Assembly (NCBI GenBank): GCA_013265495.1
Contig: MU058337.1
Span: 2,076,686 to 2,140,685, forward strand
DNA: 64,000 nucleotides
Direction of reading: 5' to 3'
Source: Vicugna vicugna
Lineage: Eukaryota
Shown here: piece by piece, positions 12,646 through 24,830 of the stretch
Numbering within the stretch: position 1 is the first letter of the stretch
Layout of the letters: every line of letters begins with the position of its first letter
Translations under genes and position numbers: made by a program
Notes under the pieces: generated by a model
The model's database searches: none
What the model saw: the letters and a program-made list of their open reading frames with translations, nothing else
Told to the model about the DNA's origin: nothing

Positions 12646-12835
12646 AGGGCTCCCGGGTTTGGCAAATAAAAATACAGGCTGCCTCGCTAAATTTCAATGT
12701 CACAACTATAATCATTTTTTTTTAAGTGTAAGTGGGTCCCAAACACTGTGTGAGGCATATTTAACCTAAAGAAGCAATCTGTTATTAATCTGAAAGTTAA
12801 TTTAACTGGCATTCTCCATTTTATCTATCGACCTG
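12646..12835. mobile_element. MER53 palindromic non-autonomous DNA transposon (MITE)
   Basis: agggctcccgggtttggcaaataaaaatacagg...aagtgtaagtgggtcccaaa...atctgaaagttaatttaactggcattctccattttatct follows the recalled MER53 consensus along its length. Confidence 0.85.
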
Positions 12836-13317
12836 ACTAGAAGCCAGTGAAATTGACTAGTGGGATTTTCATATCTAATTTATACTCCGAGGTCCTCACC
12901 TTTAATACCCTCTTAATGTTTTTAAAATTACTGTGTTTGCTCTTACAGCAAATGTCTGCCCTAATTTTGTGGAAATACGGAGGGAGAGCCATATAAACTA
13001 TATTCTCAATTGAAAAACAAGGCTTCACTTAAGAAATTTTTTAAAATACTAAAACTTAGCCTCTGCTGAAAGCAGAAGAGCTGATTTACCGAGATTCATA
13101 CATCATCACTGAAACGAAGCATCGGCGAGAGTTACAACGGAGTGAGTTCCATCCAAATTCTTCTCCACCCCAGATACTGATTCAGTGAAGTTAAAAAGCA
13201 GTTGAAGGTACCATTTCTTACTCACTTTTAAGGACATCACCCATATGCTTTTTGAATAGACCTTTGTTCGTAATTTTCTCTCTGAAGCTTCGTGTCACCT
13301 CCATGTTTCACTGAGGC

Positions 13318-13440
13318 TTCTTTTACAGATGGAATAATTAATTAGTTAATAATGGTTGGGTGACTTGCCTGAGCTGACACCTTGAGTTACTGGCCGAGCA
13401 AAGAACAGAACCCACAGCTCTCAGCGTTCAGTCCCCACCT
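13318..13440 (-). mobile_element. MIR fragment
   Basis: ttttacagatgga...ggtgacttgcctgagctgacac...agaacccacagctctcagc. Confidence 0.6.
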
Positions 13441-14516
13441 CCCACAGGGGTCCTGCTGTCTGGCTTAACTCAGCTTCAAATGCGCATCGTGTCCCCGATG
13501 ACTGACAACATTAGCTTCACCAGTGATTGAAGAGACACCAAAACCTAGACCTTAAATTCTGGATGCAGAACGTAAGTGAGCCTGGCGTGCTAACCCAGTG
13601 CCGTGCCGGAATGTTCCCTGGCGGCCTCCTTGAGAACTCAGGTGTCCCAGAAAGATACCAGCTCACCTTGTCACGAGTCCGCGCACTGATCTGAACCCTT
13701 GGAGCCAAATTAAAGGAAAAGGGCTGGCGTTTCTGTAATATTCTTCTGGAGGATAAACGTTTACTTGAAAAATTGACCTTTTTAATACCCACAGGCCTAT
13801 GAACTCCACTTTAAAGAGAAACTCCAAGCAGGATGGACTAATATGAATAAACTTTAAAAGTAAACACAGGCTTTTAGGAGTTTTCCGTTTTCTTGCTCTG
13901 TCAGCTTGTTTCTCTCAGTGCAGAGTTTGTGGGGGAAACACGTGGCAACTACTAAGTGTGCATAAATCCTCACACTTCTCTTTGATGTGTGTGCCCTCCT
14001 TTTCTTCCCTAGGAAAGAAATTGCATGGTAGTGCCAGGAATGACTTTTAAATAATTTTAGAGGAATAATTTCTGGCATTTTACACGATACAGGTTCTTTT
14101 GACATATAACCTGTTAGTCTTTTTTTTTTTTTTTTTTACTGTATTAAAAAGGTTACCATTGTTCTAGAATGTACTTGTCTCTTTCATGGCTTCCAGAAAG
14201 AATCCATTTCAGGCCAAGGGGATAGATCACCTGTCTATTTTCCTCACCCCTCAATAAGATCACTCGTGTCGGGGAAGTAAGCAAACCAGTGTTTTAGAGT
14301 CTTCCTCTGGCTTCGCCTCCTGAGATCACACATGAGAACTTTATACCCATCTGTCTGCGGCAGGCTAGCCGTGCAAATGGGTATGTATACACTTGTGTTG
14401 AGTAAAAGAAAAAGAAGAAAAAACAGTATAGTATATTCCTTTCCCATATGTTACATGGATTTTTCTCTGCATTTATTGGCTTTTCTAATACTCTGTGGAA
14501 AAAAGAAAAAATGCCC

Positions 14517-14529
14517 AATAAATATTAAA
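14517..14529 (+). terminator. Candidate distal poly(A) signals (AATAAA then ATTAAA)
   Basis: aataaa 14517-14522 and attaaa 14524-14529 at the end of a repeat-free UTR-like block. Confidence 0.4.
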
Positions 14530-15169
14530 AGTATGTGTTACATAAAAACTAAAAGTACGCATTCAGTTTTAAAGTCATTTCATGCTTGTTGCCAAAGCAG
14601 GAACTGATGCTTATGAGATACGTTGAGGTACAGAGGGGATCTGGGGAAGCAGGAGAGATGCCGTGGGTCAAATGCTTTTCCTAGACTGTCAGTGACCAAG
14701 GTGACAGCGACCCCTGCCCCTAGATGTGACCTTTTATTAGCCGTTCCAGCCAGGTTCCCCTAATTCTCTTTGCAACTGGAGCTCATCAGGCGGGGACTCC
14801 AGCCCAGTGTAGACACCGTCCCCATAGCAGGAGGGCGATGGTAAAAGCAGAGCCATCACTCAAGGTGAAGGTAAGTCAGTTGTCATGGTCAGAGCTGTTA
14901 ACACAAGCCCTCTGGAGCCCTGGAAACATTCCTGTGTCCTTCAGCGCTCACATCTTATTGCTCATCTTCGGGACGTCGGAGGGAAGCAGGCGATGCAGGC
15001 ACCTGGGGCACTTTAACCTAAGGTTGGGTAGAGAAGGGTGTCTGACACCTCTGCCTCATTTTTCTTCCTAATACTGTGACTTTACATGTTAATAACTTCC
15101 TATTTTGGGAAGCCTGACACTATCAAGGTTAGTTTCTTATAGCAACTAATGGAAGTTTCACGTAGGTCG

Positions 15170-15525
15170 TAAGTAATAATTGTTATGTTTTTGTCTGGCT
15201 TCTTTCACATAAAATATGTCCTGAGACTTTGTCCACGTCACCACTTTTTTCTTCTTTGTTCAAAGTATTCAGGCTTGCAAAATATTCCAGTAGACGGATA
15301 CTGAATTTTTAAGCAAAGGCTGCTATCCATCCACTATTCATGATGGTATCTATCTGTTGAATCTGTTTGTACGCATCTCTGATCATTTCTGTACGAAACA
15401 TTCTTAGTTTTGAAATTACTGCACCAAAGGCTTGAGACTTTTTGCAGCTTTTATGTGTTTTTTCCTTTTCTGGCTTCAGAAAAGGTGTTCCTATTTGCAC
15501 TCCCATAAGCAGTATTTGATAATAT
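15170..15525 (-). mobile_element. Ancient L1 (L1ME-like) fragment
   Basis: ttttgtctggcttctttcacataaaatatgtcctgagactttgtccacgt and atttgcactcccataagcagtatttga are diverged antisense L1 motifs. Confidence 0.65.
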
Positions 15526-15534
15526 TAATTGATC

Positions 15535-15588
15535 TTCTTTATTGAAGTAGAGTTGGTTTACAATGTTGTGTTCATTTCTGGGGCACAG
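15535..15588 (-). mobile_element. Very short 3' tip of a young L1
   Basis: tttattgaagtagagttggtttacaatgttgtgttcatttctgg matches the tips of the other L1 copies in this window. Confidence 0.75.
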
Positions 15589-15653
15589 ACATTTTTATTC
15601 CTTATGGGGATGCGTTGGCTGGATTCCAAGGATTGGGATCGCCAGCCACTGTC

Positions 15654-15707
15654 TGATTTCTCAGACAATTTGATTTTTCAGACAATTTGATTTTTCATAC
15701 AACTGAT
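15654..15707. repeat. 17-bp tandem repeat, 3 copies
   Basis: tgatttctcagacaatt / tgatttttcagacaatt / tgatttttcatacaact. Confidence 0.9.
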
Positions 15708-17729
15708 AAAATTTGAAAACTGTCAAACATAAAGAAAAGGACCTCAAGGTCACTTATTGGTGGAATTCATGCATGACTTAGAGGGCACTACCTCCTCTGA
15801 AGGGAAACAGCAACTAAATAGCTGTTCTTATAGTGCACAGTTATTCACTATGACTAGATTTAACTTGCTCTTTCTTTCCTCACTCTTCTCACATTCCCAG
15901 CTGCCACTTCTCGTCCTCCAGGTAAGTGGTGATAAAACTTTATCATACTGGAACGTGCCTTATTTTCTCTACTGTATCCTAGTGACCTTTAAGGTAACTT
16001 ATTTTTTTAATATGAAAAGAAGTGTATGTCCTAAAATGATCATTACTTGTGTTAAATATTATAACATGTTGAGTTGCAATAGAGTACTTTAAAAGAAATC
16101 ATCTTCCAACTCAGATGGTACATTTTCTGTGAGTCTGGGACTCTGAGCCTTTCTGCTTTATCATAACAAAGAGGCTTCTATATTAGAATTTCATAATTTC
16201 TAATTTTTCCACTGTGCTATGAGTATTTATGGAGAAAAAATAAAGTTGCATTTTTTAATTCAATGAATTAGATACCTTATTTTTCTCAATGGGACACAAA
16301 AATAATAAGAATACATAATATTAAGAAAAATAATAGGAATATAATAATAACCACAAGAAAGAATAGGAAGAAAACAAAAATAATAGATACTAGTGGAATT
16401 GTCTTTTATTTATTCCCTTTTAAAAATAGATTTGTCTCACATTACATAAGAGAATAAATGATTTAACCAAGTACTTTTATTTCTCACTTTAATAATTGTG
16501 GAAAAGAAAAAAAAATAATTGCAGGCTCAATTAAACGAGGAAGAATTCCTACCTACATTCTATAAAATCCCAAAGCACTGATAAGGATTTTCGTGTTGAA
16601 CTTTTTAAATTAATATTTAGAAATGTGATACTAAATGTTCTGTTTGTTATGTAAATATTTAAATGAGTCAAGATTTTCTGGTTTTGGAAAGTTTCTTAGA
16701 GTATCTTTTTATCTCGACTGCCAAATAATTCTCCATGCTTCCTTAAGAAGCAATTCACATATTGTGTTTTTATTCAAAAAGCCTTTATATTGCAGTTAGG
16801 ACTTTGGGTCGATTTTGCCGAGAGCTATGTGTCAAAGATCAACTCTTTTATTCGTTGGATGTGAATAAAGGTTATAATTATAATTCAATGTGATTGATTT
16901 ATGTGTGTGACTTTTCATTAATTTATAATAGTCTTATTATCTCTTTAGATTTCATGTAACATTGTCAGTATAATTTTGAAATATAAGAGGAGTCTGTTGG
17001 AAGATGACAGAGAAAATTATATTCTTTTCCCAACCACGTTTTTACCTACTGGAGTTCTGAAAAACAGCAAGTCTGTCCTGGACAGTGACTAATGCAAACC
17101 ATAGGAGTCCAGCATTCACTCAACCAAAGCAGTGTACAAAAATGACCCACTAACGTCTAGTTTCGCTGCTTCTCTGAAAGCAGATCAAGATGTGAAAACT
17201 ATAATACAGGAGTAATAAATTTAAAAAGGCTTATATTAAATCAATAGCATTTCATTAGCTTGCATTACATTAAAATGACAATAACACAATCAAGTAATAC
17301 AGAGTAAAAGAACCATTGGAACAAAAACCTTTAGCTTTGTAAAGCTACTCTAATTAACTCAAAGCTTCAGTCAGAGCGTCCTAGCAGCCAAGTAAATGGA
17401 GAAAATCAGAGATTTTATGGTTCTCCCTTTCCAGTAAAAGGAAGCAAATTAATTAGTCAGTACAAACAAGTTTTTGTTTAACCTGAGTTTTCCCATATGT
17501 CTTTAATATTGAATGTCATGGGGAAGGCTGTCTTCAAAATCAGTTTTGTCAAAAAGAAGGAAAAGTGCAGTGGTGTTCCACCTACGGCTGTAAGTTATAG
17601 TCATCTTGTATAAAAGCTGCTGGCAGACGTTGTTTGGCCTCATGAAAGCGTGAAGGTACTTCATCTGCTAAACTGTCAACACCTAAAAGAGTGATTGGCA
17701 TCCTTAAGTACCTACAAAACGTAGCCTCT

Positions 17730-17925
17730 GTGCCGGAACCGCTGATGAGAGCACAGGCTGTGGCTCAGACCACCTGCACTCAACCCGCTCTGCCCCTCGG
17801 TGGCCGAGTGACAGAGGCAAAGGCAAGGTGCTCACCACCGGCGTTGTACGAGGGATAAATTGCTTAGAGCGTATCTGATGCGTATTGCGTGCATTGAGAC
17901 AAGCTAGACAGTATTTTTATTTGTT
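17730..17925 (+). mobile_element. MIR (internally deleted)
   Basis: gagagcacaggctgtggctcagaccacctg...gagtgacagaggcaa...gttgtacgagggataaat. Confidence 0.55.
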
Positions 17926-18794
17926 AGCATTATTATCAACCTGTCCTTTCACAACCAGAGATATTCTATGTCTTCAAATGTATTCTAGTAAGAAAGAATT
18001 TGTGACCAAGTAGGCAGCTGTCTCTTGTTTCCCTCCCACATTTGGCAATCACAATCTGTTTTGAACAATCACGTGCTATCGCTTCAAAGACGCTGGGAAA
18101 AAGGTTTTCGGAAGGAGACCCACATTCATAATGCTTGTCACATTTTCTGTTACTCTTCCAATGGAATGTACAACATACATAAAAGGAAAAGAAGCTGTAT
18201 TTAAGTACACAGTGGTGCACTTTTTAAGTGCAAAACAGAATATCCGCGGTGGTAGGCAGTGGTGAGAAGAAAGAGCTCATTCTAGGTTCATTGTGCGACA
18301 AGCTAAGAGGCCCAGTGAGAGCCAGGATGACGTCTGGGAATGTAACGTGTCACTTCTCTCGTTCCTATTTGCCCAGAGCTGTCCTTGTGTTCGGCTCATC
18401 ACTTAGAACATGGAAATCCTGGGGCCAGAGCACAATTCTTCTGCCTTCCCTCACTCACATCAGTATGATCAGCTCACAGCCCATTTCTTACCTTCCGTTT
18501 GCCCAAGACATACACGATGGTTTTAGGCAAAATGCTCAACCTCTTTGGACATCAGTTAGCTCACCTGCATTTGAGGTTAAAAAACCAGGTCTCTTTGACT
18601 GACAGGTGTGCTGTGTTGAGTCAGTGGGAACAGTGGGTTGACATTGTGATTGAACAGTGGGATACACTGGGGACACCTCTGCTCCCACTGGGACTGGTTA
18701 CTAGCTGGATGGGACTATTCATTTCACCCCCCAGGAATGAGCTTTTTTCTTTGTGACATGTTGGTATCGGCATCCACCCCACAGCTGTGCTCTT

Positions 18795-19110
18795 ACGTTC
18801 ACTGATTCTTTCAGTATACATTTATTGAATGCCTGTGATGTGCAAGGTACCGATTTATATGCTTACATAATGACACGCTAGATTAGAAACTGAAATTGAG
18901 GGACACGTCACCATCATCATCATCATTGCAGCAGCTAAGTGTTTCCTGCACTAATAAAGTACGTCTCCCTGTGCCCCTGTTTTCACAGGAATTATCTCAT
19001 TTCATCATCACAGCGTTTCTATCTATATCACAGCGCCAACAACACCATTTTACAGATGGAGAACTCGAGGCTCAAAGAGCTTAAGTAACTTGCATATTTT
19101 CACGCAGAAA
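18795..19110 (-). mobile_element. L2 3' tip followed by MIR
   Basis: catttattgaatgcctgtgatgtgcaagg (L2); ccattttacagatggagaactcgaggctcaaagagcttaagtaacttgc (MIR core). Confidence 0.7.
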
Positions 19111-19543
19111 TGGTTTGCCTTAGTTGTTGGGAAATACTGCCTTGATTATTAACAGATTTTATTCTCCTAGCCACAGTTTACTCAAGGTTTTGGGGGCTCC
19201 TAGAGGCCAAGGAGTGTAGACAGAGATATTTAGGCACATGACCCCCACTCCTGTTTTATATAATTATGTGAACAGATGGGAGAGGCTAATGACTTTTAGT
19301 CCCAGTTGCGTTGAACAAGATTAAAGATGCCAACTAGGACGAAAGATCCGTGCTGAAGGCTTCGTATCTCATCACCCATATCCCAAGTCATCCCGTTTCT
19401 TAGTGTCGCCGTGATCCTTCTGGTCTGTACTGTGTAGTGTGCGTATCTGTACGTGGAGGTGTGTGTGTCACTGTCTGGTTTCTCCAGTGATGTCACTGAG
19501 CCCTAATGCCTGCTCCCGGAACGTCTTGGTTTCCTCTTTACAG

Positions 19544-20000
19544 AAGAGTGTAACTGACTGCCGCGTTGGCATTTGTAGCTTCATCGCTATTTCAGGGTCT
19601 GCTGCTTAATTAAGTGTTGGTGGACCATCTGGGCTGTTGAGAGCTTTGCACGGCCTTTTCTCTACCACACCTAGGAATCTTACATTTAGAGCCATTTGTC
19701 TATTATAAGCAAGGGTTTTTGGTAAATAGCAATTGCATGAGCCATTCTAGAATTGTAGGGGAAAAAAAATAGCCATGTTTGATTAGTTTTCGTTTAGGAT
19801 TAGGAAAGCTAAAAATGTACACGTCAGTACACCTTGGAATCATTCTGTTTGTCGTTTAACCTTTCTACATGAATTTTCGAGCCCAGGACCACATTTAGCT
19901 TCTCTCACATCACATTGCATTGTGACTCAGTCTCATTGCTTTAATTCTGTTCAACTTCAAGTTCTGGCGATGGAATAAAATAAGATACGGGGACGTGTTG
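19544..20000 (+). other. Candidate terminal exon (acceptor, immediate stop, UTR, AATAAA)
   Basis: Branch-like ccctaat at 19501, tcttggtttcctctttacag ending 19543, then aagagtgtaactga (stops within 14 nt in two phases); aataaa 19974-19979. Confidence 0.4.
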
Positions 20001-20286
20001 CAAATACGCAAAGTACGTTTCCAACATTACAAAAGAGATGTTCATGGAAAACACATTGTATCGTATGTATTTTCCTTAAACTGGTTGAATGATGTATTCC
20101 CCTCACACACCAAGGGTTCTTTGTAACCTAAGTCATGTCCGTGGACGGCCTGCTGTTGCCATCACCGGGTGGAGGATACACGTAATGCACTGCTTTATGA
20201 ATAGGTCTTCAGTCTGTTAATGTGGTGAGCTAGTAACTGAGACTGAACTGTCTCAAACAGGCACACATATAACAAATTAAAAACAA

Positions 20287-20326
20287 ATATATACGTGTGT
20301 GTACACATGCACACACACACACACGT
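20287..20326. repeat. Alternating purine-pyrimidine (TG)/(CA) tract
   Basis: atatatacgtgtgtgtacacatgcacacacacacacacgt. Confidence 0.9.
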
Positions 20327-21859
20327 TATGTGCTCCGCATTACTTTAAGATATATTATGGGTCACGTCTGTTTGTATGAGTAGGCTTAAGAAATTGTAAA
20401 CAAGAAATAATATAAATCTTCATTTTTCCTGTGCAAAGGCTCTTGGATACACTACTGTATAAGCAATTTGTTTCTTGATTTCTTAAAGCCAATAAGTTTA
20501 GGAAATTCTTTCTAGTAAACATAGACTGTGACTTTTTTTTTCTCCTTTTTGGAGAAAGAACTATAAACTCAATCTGTAGTTTAATTTAGAATTACTCAAA
20601 CATATTTGAATCAGTGTTGAAAGAATTTTTTAAATTGGATTTATTTCTGGACTTTTTAATCCTTTTTTAAAGACAAACAATAATACAGAACATGATCATA
20701 TAGGTATAAAATTAATATTCAAAGTTCTATAATTATTTGTGTCACTTTTTTCAAAAAGCAATACTCCTATTCTTTGTCTTACTTTCTCTAGTATTACACA
20801 AAATAACTCTGAAACTCATTGAGATTATAAATGTTGCTATTGCAACAACCCAATGGCAACATACCTGAGCTTACTTAACCACAATCCATCACTCTGAACA
20901 AGTTCCAGGTCAGCTGAACAAAAGGACAATTGAGAAAAAGAACAATAGGATGGCAAAGATGATGAGGATAATGGTGACGGTGATGATGATAAAGCCAACA
21001 CCAGGAAGAATGAGGTACCGTCCTAAAATAAACCTAGTCCTTAGAAAATTGCTCTGTGACCCTAAAGAAAGCTATTACTTGAACAGTTTTTTTTTTAAGA
21101 TGAAAGCAATATTTTTTTCTAAGTCTAATTAATATGCTTCCACTTTGACCTGACAGAAAGTCTAGGTTTTCATAAGTATGTAGTCAGCCAGCCACAATTC
21201 TGAGGAATCATGACAATAGTTTTTGATCATCATTACAAAGGTAAGTTGCTTCCCAGGATGCTTTAGAGAGCCTTTTAGTTGAGTTAAACTCCCTCCAACA
21301 TATACATGTTATCTACCCTCATTCTGTTATTTATTATTGTCAGTGGTTTTTCCAAACAAATTTTTATCAGCTTTTCCTAAGCTGTCTCTAAGCTTCTTAT
21401 AACTTTAAAAGTTAATTAAAAATAATCTCGGAATTCTAAACTTTATGTTACAGAAGAGACTAGAACAACGTCTAGAAGAGACCATTTACTGCAGTTCTAG
21501 GGGAGAAATACACTAAAGCATTAACGTATTATCTTCTTAATAGTGAATATGGGGGAATTTCTTTAAGTAGCATCACCGAAGGCCAACAGTTTTCAGTCTT
21601 TTTTTCTTAGCAAAAAGTTTTCAGAAAATAAATTTAAAATAATGGAAAATATTTACATAGTATAATGGTTTGCTTTTCTTGGTTTTTCTTTTCCTTAACA
21701 AACCATCCATTTAAAAAAATATTTTTGGTTTTTAATTTACTTAAACTGTTGGGGAAGGAGGAATTGAAAGAATGTTGGATGTGTCAGAAGAGGAAATTTA
21801 AGAGTCTAAATTGTCCAAGATAAGTACTAAGGGGAAGGCGGGACACAGGACAGGAAGCC

Positions 21860-22025
21860 ATCAAGGACTTTAGTCTCAGGGTCAATCCGACCTGGATTTG
21901 AATTCTGGTTCTTCTGCCTGTGTATTGGATGCCCTCAGGTCACTGAGTTAAATTCTGAGCTCCTTAATCCTTAAATGATAGAAAATAATACAGTTACTTA
22001 TCCCACAGAGGTGTCATGAGAGTCT
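21860..22025 (+). mobile_element. MIR
   Basis: gacctggatttgaattctggttcttctgcc...ctgagctccttaatccttaaatgatagaaaataatacag. Confidence 0.6.
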
Positions 22026-22626
22026 TTGTTTTAGTGGGTTGGCATTTCTTTATCTGTTAGGCATCTATAAACTGTCTACTGTCCTTGGTGACTCAACATC
22101 ACGACTCGAGGTGACCAATAAATGGAAGATGATATCTAGGTAGAATGAACAAGAGAGCTTGTGGTAAAAATTAGCAAAGCAATGACCTGATCTCTAATTC
22201 AGTAACTTCTACATGAAGCCCACAGGAGGGAATCAGAAGACGTGAAGGAACTGAGTCCTCCATTGACCCCAAGCTGATTTGGGAGGAGGTGGCAAGGATG
22301 GAGAATTCACCTCCTGACGTTCCAGGGAGGATGGGTGTTATATTGCGTTAATTTCCTTATTATTGAAAACAATATTTTTGGTTAATTGTAAAGCTCCCTA
22401 GGTTAACAAAAGACAATCTAAGATGTAGGGGAATGGGAGTGGGCAGAATCCAACATCTAGGAGGAATAAGGGGCTAACTTAATCCCTAAGGAGAATCATT
22501 TTAATCAGTCAAAGCTTAACACTAAGGGCCATACAGCTAAAAAGTAAGAACTGAAAGTCAGTAACAAAGAGGATCAAAAACTTCTTTGTCCACAGAGTAG
22601 GCCAACTCTGCTCTTCTTCCTGGATC

Positions 22627-23190
22627 TTTTCTTTTTTTAACTTTATTTTTTATTAAAGTGTAGTTGATTTACAATGTTAGTTTCAAGTGTACAGCAAAGT
22701 GATTCAGTTATACATATCCATACATATATATATATACATATATCTTCAGTTTTTTTCTGTTATAGCTTATTACAAGATAGTGAATATAGTTCCCTGTGCT
22801 ATACAGTAGGTCCTTGTTGTTTATCCATTTTATATATAGTACCTATTATCTATTAATCCCAAACTCCTAATTTATTCCTCCCTACCTTCCCTTTCGGTAA
22901 CCATAGTTGGTTTTCTATGTCCATGAGTCTATTTCCAGTTGTAAATAACATTTTTTTTTATATTCCACATATTAGTGATATCATATGATATTTGTTGTTC
23001 TCTGTCTGACTTACTTCACTGGGTTTGATAATCTCTAGGTCTATCCATGTTGCTGCAAATGGCATTATTTCATTCTTTTTATGGCTGAGTAATATTCCAT
23101 CATGTATGTATACACCACAACTTCTATATCCAGTCATCTGTCAAAGGACATTTAGGTTGTTTCCATGTCTTGGCTCTTGTAAATAGTACT
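22627..23190 (-). mobile_element. 5'-truncated LINE-1 3' end
   Basis: Poly-T, then tagttgatttacaatgttagtttcaagtgtacagcaaagtgattcag...catgttgctgcaaatggcattatttcattctttttatggctgagtaatattcc. Confidence 0.93.
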
Positions 23191-24649
23191 TTTCTGAATC
23201 TTCCCTTAACCTCTTGTTTCCTTACTTTGAATTGCATTGTTATGCTCTTCTGTCCCTTGGAAATCCACATGTATGGTGAACTAAAAGGATGAGGGTCTCC
23301 TTACTCTGACAGTTGTTTCCTAGTATTTTTCTCATCTCCTACTAGAAGGATGAGTGGGTCCCAAGATCACAGACAGAGGGATGGAATTCTGAGGCTCACT
23401 CATTTTTGCACCGACTTTAGTTCATTAGGAGCTGATGTTTTGTTATGGAAATGCTTCTTCACCTGAGCTGGCAACTGGTGACATAGTTGCCGGTGTCCTC
23501 AAAGCCATATGATCAACGTGTTAAATCTTCCTGGAAGACTTAGAGGTGGGAAAAACCATTTATAGCAAAATGAATATGGGCACATTATGATGGAACATTT
23601 GAAATTCACATAAATGTTTAGGATAAAAACAAGGCTTCAAGAAAATGTTATTATTCAGTGTGATGCAATAGGACTTGACTCTGGTGATCATGGTGGTGAT
23701 GTGCGGGTGATCGTGGAGGGGAGAGAAAGGAAATGCTTGAAAGTCAATGTCAAATATAAACAGTGCACATGTCTACAGTATAGCCCTTAAACTATTTCTA
23801 TTGGGCATCAGAGTCATTGTCATTGCCAAGACAAAAATATTCATCCTGGTCACCATCATCATGACAAAATATTATGTATGCAGTGGCAGTGATACTTTGT
23901 AAGTTACAGAAAGAAAGAGAATTTTTTTAAATGATTCCTCTTTTGATGCTTAATTTCAGGATTAAAAAAAATTCTGGGTTGGTTGATTTATCTTGGCTAG
24001 AGAACATCATTTAACCAAATATTTCTTTTAGGAGACTGTAAAGGTACATACAAAAGTATGTGTGTCTGTATAACTGGAAGATTTTCTAAGAAAATGTTCT
24101 CCTTTGTAGTGTGTTCTTTTGCAGAGTTATGGGCATTAGGGGATGTCTAGGACTAATAAATAATGAATTACAATGTTTATAACAATTCACATGGTAGATG
24201 CACAGTTGTTTGGACTTTTTTGTCTGTTTTCATCTACTGATACTTCTCCTTAGAAACTTTAATGAAACTTGTGGAAATGGAAAGTTAGGAGAACGTCATT
24301 TGACAAACATTCCTGAATTGCATTTCTCTACTCTTGCAATTTTTTTTAACACCGTAAATGTTTACACATGCATACGGTACAGGAAATTCTCAAAAGGTTA
24401 AGAATTTGTTTAGGCTGATCTAATTGGTTTATTGGCTTAGCTACAAGAGCTTTTGAAAAGCACATGTGGAACATCTTAATGATAATTTTTTTTAAAGTCA
24501 CGAGTAAAATGGAGGCAACGGTAAGTGAATTTGACTAGTGCCTCTCTAACTGAACAACCACGTATGTACAGATGTTGTCATCCTTGAAGAATACTGTGTA
24601 GGTGAAGAATTGGTGTATGTCTCTTATGACTAAATATCTCCTTATAGGC

Positions 24650-24830
24650 TCTTTCTACCTCTTTCATCACATTAATTGCTACCTAATGACTCTTGCATCT
24701 CTTTAATTCTTCCCTGGTTAGTCAGAGAAATCTTCGCTAAAACACCATTCTTATCACGTCATGCCTTAACCCTGGAAACTACATGAGGCTCTGTTCCCTA
24801 CAATTTCAAGAGTAAACATCTCTGCCTATG
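24650..24830 (+). mobile_element. L2 fragment
   Basis: gtcagagaaatcttcgctaaaacaccattcttatcacgtcatgcc is a diverged L2 motif. Confidence 0.5.

Noticed and set aside
8744..20000. Assigning a gene symbol to the putative host gene
   Set aside because: The candidate peptides are too short to recognise; a homology search is required.
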